64,000 bases of DNA, taken from positions 32,001-96,000 of the IMG/VR virus record IMGVR_UViG_3300023275_000004; one strand, 5' to 3'. This document shows positions 9,273-18,249 of this stretch, piece after piece (position 1 is the first letter of the stretch; the number at the start of each line of letters is the position of its first letter). The stretch comes from a virus (lineage: Duplodnaviria > Caudoviricetes). The notes under the pieces are model-generated. The model did not search any database and was not told the DNA's origin. It worked only from the letters and a program-made list of their open reading frames with translations. The position numbers and the translations under genes are program-made.

Positions 9273-9806
9273 TCAATAGGTAGAGCTAGACGTGTCAGGC
9301 ATGCTGTAGTTGCTGCTGTTGTCAGCAGGCATCGAGATCGGAGTGTCATACACAGGAGAAGTGTACGTAGTAGGGTCACTAGCCACCTGAACAGGCTCAT
9401 ACGAAGCGAACACTCCAGGCAAAGTAGTCCCGTAGACAGCAACATTCATAGCTGTAGCAGCGGCCTCAACCTCGCTTTCTGCCACGGCCAACTGAGCAGG
9501 AGTGTAGGAGCTGCGAGACAGCCGGTAATCTTGACGCATCGGCGGGATGATCTTCTTCTCGGCACGGTGAGCGCCAGGGATCACCGGAACACTCGGCTTA
9601 GCAGGCGTGTTGGTGTTGTTCTTGTAGGCCACCACGACATCCGACTTTTCGGCAACCTTAGAAATTTCTGCCAGACTCTCAAGCGAGACCACGCCACGCG
9701 GCTTCGGCTCAGCAAGCGTCTGCATAGTGGACTTGCCATCAGTACGGTGACGACCATCCTTAGTGATCCGAAAGACGTTCTTACGAATCCAGGTGAACAG
9801 GCTCAT
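9273..9806 (-). CDS. Hypothetical protein
   Basis: 177 aa; RBS; TTGACA-N18-TAGACT promoter. Confidence 0.7.
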   Translation of the reverse strand: MSLFTWIRKNVFRITKDGRHRTDGKSTMQTLAEPKPRGVVSLESLAEISKVAEKSDVVVAYKNNTNTPAKPSVPVIPGAHRAEKKIIPPMRQDYRLSRSSYTPAQLAVAESEVEAAATAMNVAVYGTTLPGVFASYEPVQVASDPTTYTSPVYDTPISMPADNSSNYSMPDTSSSTY

Positions 9807-9864
9807 GGGTATGCTCCTTATATGTTAGGTAGTTGCTTTCATCTATATGAGAAGTCTACAGTGA

Positions 9865-10764
9865 TCAACAACCCGCTGTCAACTCCCAGGCCACCAGATC
9901 TCTCGGCTTGTTAGTGGTGAGCACAGTCACTCCATAGTTAGTCATGTTAGACCAGTTAGTCACTGTGTCATACGAAGTGTTATCTGTGCTCCAAGCGATC
10001 ATATGAACCCCAGCAGCCTCATACCCATCGACAAATTCTTTTGAGGCAATATTTTTTACAGCTAGGGCGTAGTACTTCACCTTCAAGACATCCCGCAGGT
10101 AGGCAGGATTCTTGACGTTGACGGCTACCGACGAGACCGAAGCAGGGAACTCAATCAAGGCGTAAGTCAGGGCGCTGTAGCCAGAGTACGTCCTCATCTT
10201 TTTGATCGTGTCTTCACTCCCCTGAACGATGATCTTTGACGCCAGATTGTAAGTAGTGATGTATTGAAGCAGCTTAGCTGCTTGATCAGCGTTGGCAGGA
10301 GCAGCCTTCATATCCAGGATCGCAGAAATTTGAGCGTTGTTGACGGCTGTAAAAAAATCATAGGCACGAGCAACCTTGGTCTTCGATCCTTTAAACCGAG
10401 CATCTGTGTTCCATGGCGCATAGTCGGCAGCCGTGTAAGTCTCCACAGTTGTGTAAGTCTGAGCAGAGATAGCACCCTTACCATTTGTGGTGCGGTCTAG
10501 CGTGTCATCGTGTAGTAGGCGAGGATATCCAGACTTATCAAACTGAACATCCATCTCAACATACTTAGCTCCAGCAGCCTTGGCAGCGTTGATACCAGGC
10601 ACGGAATTTTCTGGAGCTTCGCTGACTGAGCCACGATGCCCGCTGACAGCAGGACAGATAAGAGAGTTGGTTACCGCAGTAGCAGGAGTGTTGCTCTTAG
10701 TCAGCACGGGAGTACCCAGCGCAAAGACTGTGGCTACCACAACTGAGATGACCTTGACGAACAT
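9865..10764 (-). CDS. Secreted glycerophosphodiester phosphodiesterase (GDPD)
   Basis: GHRG, APENS, VEMDV, HDDTLDRTTNG motifs; N-terminal signal/anchor helix; GGAGG RBS. Confidence 0.9.
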   Translation of the reverse strand: MFVKVISVVVATVFALGTPVLTKSNTPATAVTNSLICPAVSGHRGSVSEAPENSVPGINAAKAAGAKYVEMDVQFDKSGYPRLLHDDTLDRTTNGKGAISAQTYTTVETYTAADYAPWNTDARFKGSKTKVARAYDFFTAVNNAQISAILDMKAAPANADQAAKLLQYITTYNLASKIIVQGSEDTIKKMRTYSGYSALTYALIEFPASVSSVAVNVKNPAYLRDVLKVKYYALAVKNIASKEFVDGYEAAGVHMIAWSTDNTSYDTVTNWSNMTNYGVTVLTTNKPRDLVAWELTAGC

Positions 10765-10902
10765 GATTCCTCCGAAGATTTGAGTTTGTTTCATATCTCT
10801 TATACTTCAGACAGTATCATAGCTTCCTAGGATAGTCAACTTTCCCAAAATAGAAGCTGCCCCGGAGCATTATGCTCCGGGGCTAACTTTAACTTCTAGA
10901 GA

Positions 10903-11133
10903 TCAGCTAGCCTCTTCCTGGTCAGCCTTCGTACCGCCGTAAGGAAGCAGTTCGTTCCGCAGGACAGCGAACTTGCCGACACTCGTGTGAACGATCACGT
11001 TCCACGTGTCGACATCCTCAGGCTGACCGTCAATCGTGACGTACTGGTTGTCACCCTGCTCCAGGTAGTCCGAAGCATCGATCAGGTCGCCATCCTCGAA
11101 GTCCTCAGCGCGAACGAGAGAGATCGTAGCCAT
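10903..11133 (-). CDS. Hypothetical early protein
   Basis: Conserved leader, own promoter, terminator at 10859-10883. Confidence 0.75.
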   Translation of the reverse strand: MATISLVRAEDFEDGDLIDASDYLEQGDNQYVTIDGQPEDVDTWNVIVHTSVGKFAVLRNELLPYGGTKADQEEAS

Positions 11134-11204
11134 TTTGTTCTCCTTGGGTTGTTGTCTTGCTGATGAGTAGAACTCTACCTGATAGATCCTAGCCTCGTCA
11201 AGCT

Positions 11205-11408
11205 CTATTTTGTGAGTTCTTTCACAACCTCAGTTGCAATATCCAAGGCTGCGTAGAGGCCACCGTCGGTCTTGATTTCTTGGAAAAAGTTTGGGCCATG
11301 CAATGTCCACCGAAAATAACCTCCAGCGGGCATAGCAATCAGTACCCACTCACCGTCGTTAGCAACGTAGTGGGAATAGTCTTTAGCGGCTGTCCATTCG
11401 ATATCCAT
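11205..11408 (-). CDS. Leaderless hypothetical protein
   Basis: TTGACA-N17-TAGTGT then ATG. Confidence 0.7.
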   Translation of the reverse strand: MDIEWTAAKDYSHYVANDGEWVLIAMPAGGYFRWTLHGPNFFQEIKTDGGLYAALDIATEVVKELTK

Positions 11409-11756
11409 GGGTTAGACACTACTCCGACTTGTCGAAGCTGTCAACCTTACCTAGAGCCAAAGTTCCAGAAAGAGACCGCTCCAGCAGCAGCTACCAAGCT
11501 AATAGCAAGGTAGACATAGTTACCAGCAACAACAAAATTTAGCAGTGCTACAAGGAACACTGCTCCTAGCACTAGACCTATAAGCTTCCAAATCATCGCT
11601 TCCCCTGAACCGCTAGCAGTATGCCCGAGGAAAAGATCAGCCCAAGCGCTAGCATAAGTTGAAAAGTATTTTGTGTATAAGTGAAAGTAAGCAGAGTGAT
11701 CAGCCCGATCGAAAAAATCAGATAACAGACCACTCTAACAGCTGTTCCCATAAGAT

Positions 11757-12134
11757 TTACTCCTCGGGAGTTAGTGTGCGGATAATGAAATCTGCTTGGT
11801 CCATAGCCGCACCTACAGTCTCAGCAGTCAACAGGATGAATTGATTAGCATCGCCCTGCAAAAGAAATTTTCTATCCTCATAGTTAACGATCTGCCAGTC
11901 TCCGTCAGGAGTGGAGAAGCTATCGCCATCTTTTGAAGTAATCCAATCAATCTCAGTAAGAGCAGAGATCGGAAGCTCAGGAGCCTCTTCCTTTGGTGCC
12001 TTAGACCTCTTAGCCTCACCCTGAACGGCTTTTTTACATACCCACAGAAGAAGGATGAGTGCCCAAGCAAACGCGGGGATGTGAACGGAAGGAAGAAGGA
12101 AATCGACAAGGATCAAGCTGGCGATAACAAACAT
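11757..12134 (-). CDS. Membrane protein
   Basis: Hydrophobic N-terminus. Confidence 0.65.
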   Translation of the reverse strand: MFVIASLILVDFLLPSVHIPAFAWALILLLWVCKKAVQGEAKRSKAPKEEAPELPISALTEIDWITSKDGDSFSTPDGDWQIVNYEDRKFLLQGDANQFILLTAETVGAAMDQADFIIRTLTPEE

Positions 12135-12145
12135 TTGAAATTTCC

Positions 12146-12469
12146 TCAGTTCACGTAGTAGTCAGCGAGGAAGCGAGCCATTCGGGGGTAAATGTAAGAT
12201 TTGACCGAGACAGACGACGGGCGAGTAGTAACACCTTCCATCGTTACATCGGTACGCATCACTACCTTGCCCTTTGTAAGAACTTCTGTGGTGTCAGGGT
12301 AGAGGATGGAAATTTCCTGCGTGCTGTGATCCACCTTGACATCGAACAGGTACTTGCCTGTCTTAGTAGTCGCAGTGTAGATGGACATTACGCCATCCTG
12401 AGACAGCTCAGGGTTAAAGTTGACCTTGACTCCCATGACACCTTCGACGCGGGAAATGTTGTCAGTCAT
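12146..12469 (-). CDS. Hypothetical protein (start MTDNIS)
   Basis: GGAGG RBS. Confidence 0.65.
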   Translation of the reverse strand: MTDNISRVEGVMGVKVNFNPELSQDGVMSIYTATTKTGKYLFDVKVDHSTQEISILYPDTTEVLTKGKVVMRTDVTMEGVTTRPSSVSVKSYIYPRMARFLADYYVN

Positions 12470-12505
12470 AATTCCTCCAGAGTTGAGATTCTTTCTCGAC
12501 AAGAC

Positions 12506-12886
12506 TTACTCTACAGGGTCTCCTGCCTTATCGTCAAGTACCTTACCCGCATCATACTCAGGATTTTCTAGCCGGTACTGGTCAAGGATAGTTCGCATAG
12601 CTCGGATCACTCGACGCGCTGCGTACAGTTGACCGTGGGAGTATTGCTTAGAGGCATCAGAGACGTTCGTTAGCTCAAGAGTAATTTGAGCCTCTTCAGC
12701 CATCTCGCTAGCTTGACTTAGCGCTGTAGCCGCCAGCATAGCCAGCACGTGACGATCAGGAGCGATAGCTGTATAAGCGTCTAGTGATGGCGCTTGCTTG
12801 ATGTCTGCAAGATCTTCATACCCAACATGATGCATGAGCCAACGTCGCATGGTTTGGCTGTTGTACTTTTCTCCTAAGTCATCCAT
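12506..12886 (-). CDS. Hypothetical protein
   Basis: GAGGAG RBS. Confidence 0.7.
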   Translation of the reverse strand: MDDLGEKYNSQTMRRWLMHHVGYEDLADIKQAPSLDAYTAIAPDRHVLAMLAATALSQASEMAEEAQITLELTNVSDASKQYSHGQLYAARRVIRAMRTILDQYRLENPEYDAGKVLDDKAGDPVE

Positions 12887-12942
12887 TATTTCTCCTCAAA
12901 TAATAGTAGGGCCAGGAACCCTGGCCCTACTAGTTTAGCTAC

Positions 12943-13284
12943 TTACGAGCAGGTAGAGCCATTGAAGTAGTAGCCGATCCGGCAGCGATCGTAGACTGCC
13001 TTGGAAATTTCCTTCTCGACGTGCTCACCCGTGCGCTCGTCAACGTAGGTGAGATCCCAGTCCTCACGCTCCTTGATACGAGGCGTGCGGCAGTCTCCAG
13101 GGCGCTTGAATTTCTTCTGACACTCCTTGGCAGTGTAGAACTTTGCCGGGTCATAGTCCATGTTCACGATAGTTCCTCGACCACTACCAACAGGGCCAGA
13201 GTGATAATGCCCGCCCAGCACAACGATGATAATAACGACCGCAGCAAGAACAACTACTCCAGCGGCGATAAGTCCTTTACGCAT
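12943..13284 (-). CDS. Membrane-anchored exported protein
   Basis: N-terminal TM helix; Cys pairs. Confidence 0.7.
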   Translation of the reverse strand: MRKGLIAAGVVVLAAVVIIIVVLGGHYHSGPVGSGRGTIVNMDYDPAKFYTAKECQKKFKRPGDCRTPRIKEREDWDLTYVDERTGEHVEKEISKAVYDRCRIGYYFNGSTCS

Positions 13285-13513
13285 ACTATCCCCTTAATCT
13301 CTGTCTTAGTATTCTTTCACTCTATTACAGAGTGGAGTGACTGTCAAGTCCCTACGCCTGACAGCAGCATGTAGAGACAGAGCGCACTACCAACTCCAAA
13401 CAATCCAAAGAGAAAGAACCCATGGGGCTTTAATGCCCCGTCAGGGGTACGAATCAAAAGTAAGCACCCTAAAGAAAGAAATGCTAAGAGCACCATGAGA
13501 ATAGCTAGCTCTT

Positions 13514-13846
13514 TCACCAGCTCACCTTCCTTGAATGATACTTATCGTGAATTTTTTGAATTCCATGGTTGAGGCCCTTCGGCCACCAATTCTCAGGGAT
13601 CTTCAGATCGTCTGAATATCCAAATTCTTCGACAAGTATCTTGTCATAGATACCCGGCTTGAAATTTCCTTGCTTACGTTGCTCCATGATGATCTGAGCG
13701 TAAGTCTCAACCCGAGAATGATTGGCGATAGCCGCTGCCATCAGCTCAAGATACTCGTATGTATAGATTTGAGGATCTTGAAGCCACTCGAAACTCTTAA
13801 CTCGGATAGCTGCGGCAGCGTGTGCAGCGAGCGTAGCTGGATTCAT
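13514..13846 (-). CDS. Hypothetical protein
   Basis: AAGGAG RBS, hairpin promoter. Confidence 0.7.
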   Translation of the reverse strand: MNPATLAAHAAAAIRVKSFEWLQDPQIYTYEYLELMAAAIANHSRVETYAQIIMEQRKQGNFKPGIYDKILVEEFGYSDDLKIPENWWPKGLNHGIQKIHDKYHSRKVSW

Positions 13847-13875
13847 CAGAACTCCTTCGTTATGGTTATGCTCAA

Positions 13876-13922
13876 ATAATAACAGGCTCCCTCAACCGAA
13901 GTCAAGGGAGCCTGTCAAGATT
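13876..13922 (-). promoter_or_regulatory. Composite terminator-hairpin/promoter (copy of 7997-8039)
   Basis: TTGACT-N18-TATTAT. Confidence 0.85.
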
Positions 13923-14098
13923 TTACAGCCAGATCACGAAGCCAACCAAGCTTCCTGCGATCATGAGAAATCCCAGGATAAACCAGCGTGCTACCTGAGA
14001 GTCATCCGTTGTGCGAATATTTTTGATCGACTGCTTGACTGATGCCAGCCCTGCAACAAAAAATATTGCAATTACGAGCAAGGCCAGATAGTGATGGG

Positions 14099-14470
14099 TC
14101 ACTCCAGGAAGCTCTTCAGCTTCTCAGCGACTCCGCGAGCATTCTTAGCCTTCTCAAGGCGAGCCTCAGCAAGAGACCTCAGTTCATCTCCCTGAGCCTT
14201 GGCATCCTCAAGAATGCGGTCGGCTGAAGCCTTCAGAGCAGCAGCCTTAGAAGCTGCCATCTGACGAGCCTGCTCTGCCTCTGCCTGCGCAGTGTGTGCA
14301 GCATCCTCCAGCGTCTCAGCGGCACGCTCCTGAGCGTCATGAGCACGCTGAAAAAGTGCCGTCGCTTCAGCTCGCATGTCGTCAGCCAGCTCATCCACAG
14401 ACTTGCGCACAGCCTCAACGGCAGGCGCTTCCTTACCGAAATACTTGTTCCACAGTTCCTTAATGGACAT
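14099..14470 (-). CDS. Ala/Glu-rich coiled-coil protein (start MSIKEL)
   Basis: AGGAG RBS; heptad-rich. Confidence 0.7.
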   Translation of the reverse strand: MSIKELWNKYFGKEAPAVEAVRKSVDELADDMRAEATALFQRAHDAQERAAETLEDAAHTAQAEAEQARQMAASKAAALKASADRILEDAKAQGDELRSLAEARLEKAKNARGVAEKLKSFLE

Positions 14471-14507
14471 CTTTTCTCCTTGTGTTGGGTTTTCTGCTAG
14501 AACTATC

Positions 14508-15014
14508 TTACCGCATCTTCTCTTCCTCGGCAAGCGCGGCATCTTCCTGCTTTTTCAGCTTCTTATACATTTTGGTATAGATTTCGTAGAGCCTGTCCGA
14601 AAATTCTTCGTCATACTCTTCGATATCGTTGCCATCTGAAGCATCAGGGTAGTAGTTATCAGTGTCAGAGTAGATCACAGGAATCTCGTCAAGCCCAAGA
14701 AGGATGGCACAGACAACCCGGTGATGACCGTTTCCCAAGCCATAGGCACCACGACTATCGCGCCAGATGCATACGGGGTCAGTGAACCCTTCGTCAAGAA
14801 TTTTTTGTGCAAGCACAGGAGTGTGAGTATCACCGGCTTTGCTGGCGATCACATAAGCCCAGGTAGAAGGGGTGCCGTCAAACTCAATGGTGTTCCAGCC
14901 ACCATCAAAATCAGCACTCAGCGTTACCTTCTGCAAGATGTCGGTAACACTCCACATTTTGATCTCATATGTGACACCATACTCTTCGATGATGTCGCCC
15001 ACTTTGTAAGTCAT
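14508..15014 (-). CDS. ParB/Srx-like N-terminal domain protein
   Basis: GFTDPV...GNGHHRV..A..LG...IPV. Confidence 0.75.
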   Translation of the reverse strand: MTYKVGDIIEEYGVTYEIKMWSVTDILQKVTLSADFDGGWNTIEFDGTPSTWAYVIASKAGDTHTPVLAQKILDEGFTDPVCIWRDSRGAYGLGNGHHRVVCAILLGLDEIPVIYSDTDNYYPDASDGNDIEEYDEEFSDRLYEIYTKMYKKLKKQEDAALAEEEKMR

Positions 15015-15021
15015 GATAAAA

Positions 15022-15060
15022 ATACTAACGGCCAGAGGCTATGTTGTCAACCTCTGGCCG
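15022..15060 (-). promoter_or_regulatory. Composite terminator-hairpin/promoter
   Basis: TTGACA-N17-TAGTAT in CGGCCAGAGG/CCTCTGGCCG; leaderless ATG follows. Confidence 0.8.
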
Positions 15061-15069
15061 CTAAATACT

Positions 15070-15330
15070 TCAACTATCTTCTGTGTGACGCTCCGGGCGA
15101 GCATAGAAAGTCACGCTCTTGAAAGCAAGATCGCCCTTGAACAGCGTAACTACTCTGCCTCGCTTGCCTTCAATAGGAACTCCATCTTTGAGGTACCAAA
15201 CCAAAATCTGCATTTTTGCAGGCTCTAGTGTAACCAACTCTCCAATGTTCATTCCTACGTTAGTGCTCTTGCTCGTATAGAGCACTGTGTCACCAACTTC
15301 AAGATTGCTACCTAGCCAATCTTTCATCAC
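15070..15330 (-). CDS. Hypothetical protein (SH3-like)
   Basis: KDWLGSNLEVGDTVLY motif, resembling 62335-62802. Confidence 0.65.
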   Translation of the reverse strand: MMKDWLGSNLEVGDTVLYTSKSTNVGMNIGELVTLEPAKMQILVWYLKDGVPIEGKRGRVVTLFKGDLAFKSVTFYARPERHTEDS

Positions 15331-16190
15331 ACCATCCCTAGCATGTGCCTCAACTGAGTGAAACCATGGAAGTTTCCGTGAAGCGCTCCTGTCAATGGTA
15401 CACCAGCAGCCGCTACATGTTCAAGAGGGCTAGCGTGAGGTGGCTTATGTCTTGCTAGTCGATCGAACAGCTCAATATCCTTGTCAAGATCACGTACGCC
15501 ATCATGCGTAAGATAGCTGACCCTGGCACACCTGGCAGCAGAAATTTTCAGCAGCGGGTTAGCCGCTACAATTTCCCATTCTCGCAGGCCACGGCCGTTT
15601 CTAGACATCACGATCGGAAACTCCTTAAGCTCTTCAACCGTGATGTAAGGAAGGTGCCAACCTCCCCACGGAATGCGTACTGGAGTACTGGCATCATAAG
15701 CAGTCTTCATAGCTACTGCCGCCGCTCGAATCTCGGGCTGAGCGTCAGGATGGCAGCGTTGTGCCCAAAATCCCTTCCAATTTGTAGCTGACACAATAAT
15801 TGTGTGCGGAAGAAAGGGCTCAAGTAGACGGTTGATCACTGACTTGTGAACACCAATCTTGAAAAGTTTGTCAGCACTCTCAACCGCAGCATCCCTAGCT
15901 TGAAGCCATTCTTGCTCAGCCTGCTCTTTAACATCCTCGGGAAGTTCTGCACCGCCCTGCATACCCTTTTGCTCTTGGGGCCAGGATAGCGGGACGGCTG
16001 GATTCTCTAGAGCCTTAGCACGCATCTTAGCGAAAGGAATTGCACGCGAGCTGGCAGAATTTCTGGAGAATGCACGATGAGTATTGAACTCTGCGAGCAC
16101 AAATCTATGTATCGTACACTCAATCGTTGTTAAACGATCTCCTTCCTCAGTGATAGTGTCTGCTACTACGTGAGCGTTAGGTTGAAACAT
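15327..16190 (-). CDS. thyX: FAD-dependent thymidylate synthase
   Basis: AEFNTHRAFSRNSASSRAIP, AQPEIR, ARCARVSY, HASPLEH motifs. Confidence 0.9.
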   Translation of the reverse strand: MFQPNAHVVADTITEEGDRLTTIECTIHRFVLAEFNTHRAFSRNSASSRAIPFAKMRAKALENPAVPLSWPQEQKGMQGGAELPEDVKEQAEQEWLQARDAAVESADKLFKIGVHKSVINRLLEPFLPHTIIVSATNWKGFWAQRCHPDAQPEIRAAAVAMKTAYDASTPVRIPWGGWHLPYITVEELKEFPIVMSRNGRGLREWEIVAANPLLKISAARCARVSYLTHDGVRDLDKDIELFDRLARHKPPHASPLEHVAAAGVPLTGALHGNFHGFTQLRHMLGMV

Positions 16191-16223
16191 GAACTGCCTC
16201 TTTCAAGTAAGTTAAAGCTCGTC

Positions 16224-16484
16224 TTACGAATTCTTAACAATCTTGCGCCCGCCACCCTTGGGGCCTGTGGCTGTAATCCTATGCGTGTGCTCGTACCACT
16301 GTTTACCACACCACTGATGCGAGCAAGGATGCGCCACCTTCTTAGCACAAGTTTTATGACTACACGGCCCATGCTTGTATGAAGGTCCATTGTGATCTAG
16401 AAATGGATGGTCAGAAATTGTAGTAAGCCGATCACCCTCTTCAGTGATCGTATCTGCAATCACCTTTGAGTTAGGCTGAAACAT
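16224..16484 (-). CDS. Small protein with a duplicated ThyX N-terminus and a Cys/His-rich tail
   Basis: First 23 aa nearly identical to ThyX. Confidence 0.55.
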   Translation of the reverse strand: MFQPNSKVIADTITEEGDRLTTISDHPFLDHNGPSYKHGPCSHKTCAKKVAHPCSHQWCGKQWYEHTHRITATGPKGGGRKIVKNS

Positions 16485-16755
16485 CCTGATCCTCCAATAC
16501 TATGTGCGATTCTGAATAGACTTGCCAAGCCTCTAGTTCTGATTCTGACAGACTAGCAATAAAGTTTTCTTGTACTCGGCGTCGGTCTTCTCGTTTAAGC
16601 CCGCGATTAGCCTCGTAATATCGAATAGAGGTTAGCTTTCCCAGAATCTTTACGTGAAGATCAGGCGCAGTCTCCTTCGGAATATATTCCAGCAGTCGGG
16701 TTAGCTCAGAAACTGTTAAATGCATATCAACTCCAAGTAGCAATTTTCTTACCAT
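16471..16755 (-). CDS. Hypothetical protein
   Basis: ORF in operon; start uncertain. Confidence 0.6.
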   Translation of the reverse strand: MVRKLLLGVDMHLTVSELTRLLEYIPKETAPDLHVKILGKLTSIRYYEANRGLKREDRRRVQENFIASLSESELEAWQVYSESHIVLEDQDVSA

Positions 16756-17263
16756 TGTAGGTAAGCGTGATAGTTCCTTGCTTGTATGTGTTCATAGGTG
16801 CCTCAAGGCTCATCTTGTATACCTTGGTTGCGCCAGCCTTGAGATTGTCTGAAAGAGGATCTGAACCAGAAATCTGATAAAAATCTTCGTTCGTCTTGCT
16901 GTCGAAATAAATCTTAGCAGCATCACCGCTCCACGCCGAACGAGCCTTGACAGTGATATTGAAGGTAACTATCTGTGTTCCGGAGTTGGTAGTTACTGCA
17001 CGTGAGTTAGCAGGATCACTGACGTAAATAGAGACATCTCCCTCGTCAACTGTGAGCCTGTAAGCCGATCCATAGCTCAAGGTCTGGTAGGCAGTCTTCT
17101 CGGGCGCAGGAGCCGTAGTTTTAGCCTTCTGAGGAGCCGCCTGAGGGGCCTTTGTAGTTGGTTGGGTATAAGGGGTTGGGTTGGAAGTGTTAGGGGCTCC
17201 TGCTGTCTCACAGCCGCCTAGAGCTAGGGCAGCAACAGCTATTAGCAGAACAGTACGCTTCAT
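16727..17263 (-). CDS. Lipoprotein
   Basis: MKRTVLLIAVAALALGG-C lipobox; Pro/Thr linker; beta-rich domain. Confidence 0.75.
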   Translation of the reverse strand: MKRTVLLIAVAALALGGCETAGAPNTSNPTPYTQPTTKAPQAAPQKAKTTAPAPEKTAYQTLSYGSAYRLTVDEGDVSIYVSDPANSRAVTTNSGTQIVTFNITVKARSAWSGDAAKIYFDSKTNEDFYQISGSDPLSDNLKAGATKVYKMSLEAPMNTYKQGTITLTYNGKKIATWS

Positions 17264-17314
17264 AATTTTCTCCAAAAGTAGTAGAGCAGGATCGATTGAT
17301 CCTGCTCTATCATA

Positions 17315-17593
17315 TCACTCGACTTCCCACTCTTCTATTTTCCTAGTTGCCTTGCCCCATCGAACTCTGGCATAAGATCCATGAAGCTCTGGGTAGTCAC
17401 TAACATAGAAAGTCCCCCAGAGGTTAGCAGCCTCAACTCCATTCCTGCGATAGTCTCCCATTTCTGTAGAGACAGGAACTTGGAGATCCATCTTTAGTTC
17501 TCCTCGGACTCCCCACTTACTCGCAGCTTCTTGAACTTCCTTAATAAAAGCCTTCATGGAAATTTCTGCTTCGGCTCTAGCAATATCGTCCAT
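17315..17593 (-). CDS. Hypothetical protein
   Basis: Coupled to the upstream gene. Confidence 0.65.
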   Translation of the reverse strand: MDDIARAEAEISMKAFIKEVQEAASKWGVRGELKMDLQVPVSTEMGDYRRNGVEAANLWGTFYVSDYPELHGSYARVRWGKATRKIEEWEVE

Positions 17594-18249
17594 CAGATCT
17601 CCTTGACTGTGGTCATACCTTGCCTGTTAAGTTCAAACCTGTATCTTTTATCGGCAAGATCTGAATAGGCGTCTGAGTGAGTAACCATGACAAACTGAAT
17701 GCCAGCCTCATCAGCAAGCTTTCGTAGAAACTCTGCCATCCGCCCTTCATACTCCTGAGAAAGCATACCAAAAGTCTCATCCAAGAAAATTACTGACTGT
17801 TGAGACTTCTTGCTCAGCAGCATGATCACCACACGCAGCAAGAAACCTACGACCGAAGCTAAACCTCCACCGCGAGAAGACATCACATCAGTCTCAATAA
17901 TTTTTCCGTCGGGAAGAGTTGAACGCACCAGGAAACTTACTTCTGGCCTAGCTCCATTCATCGACTGCTCGATGTGGAAACTAAGCTCTTCGCCAAATAC
18001 TGATTGAAGACCTCGGGTTACTAGAGCCTCCACTTGAGCCTGTGCAGCCTGCTGACGCTGCTCCCCGATAGACCCTAAGACAGCCGCCGCGCGTTCGTAG
18101 GTGGCCTTCTCAGCGGTCAGAGCCTCCACCTCAGCTTCAGTCTTGATTCCGTTAGCTCTGATTACCCTCGCCTGTCCTATTTCCTGATCGACGGAAGATC
18201 TTGCTAAGCGGATTCTTGTGGAGAGACTTTCTAACGTCACGCTGCTCAT
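17593..18249 (-). CDS. SbcC/Rad50-like ABC ATPase, C-terminal half
   Basis: Coiled coil, signature-like SSRGGG, Walker B VIFLDETF, VTHS H-loop; no Walker A. Confidence 0.85.
   Translation of the reverse strand: MSSVTLESLSTRIRLARSSVDQEIGQARVIRANGIKTEAEVEALTAEKATYERAAAVLGSIGEQRQQAAQAQVEALVTRGLQSVFGEELSFHIEQSMNGARPEVSFLVRSTLPDGKIIETDVMSSRGGGLASVVGFLLRVVIMLLSKKSQQSVIFLDETFGMLSQEYEGRMAEFLRKLADEAGIQFVMVTHSDAYSDLADKRYRFELNRQGMTTVKEI

Noticed and set aside
9168-9914. 248-aa plus-strand ORF and the other plus-strand ORFs in the track
   Set aside because: They overlap better-supported minus-strand genes or tRNAs and have no recognisable motifs
1858-15060. Repeated palindromes as a CRISPR array or integron attC sites
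   Set aside because: Units are non-identical, separated by whole genes and fit promoter consensus; no cas or integrase gene in the window
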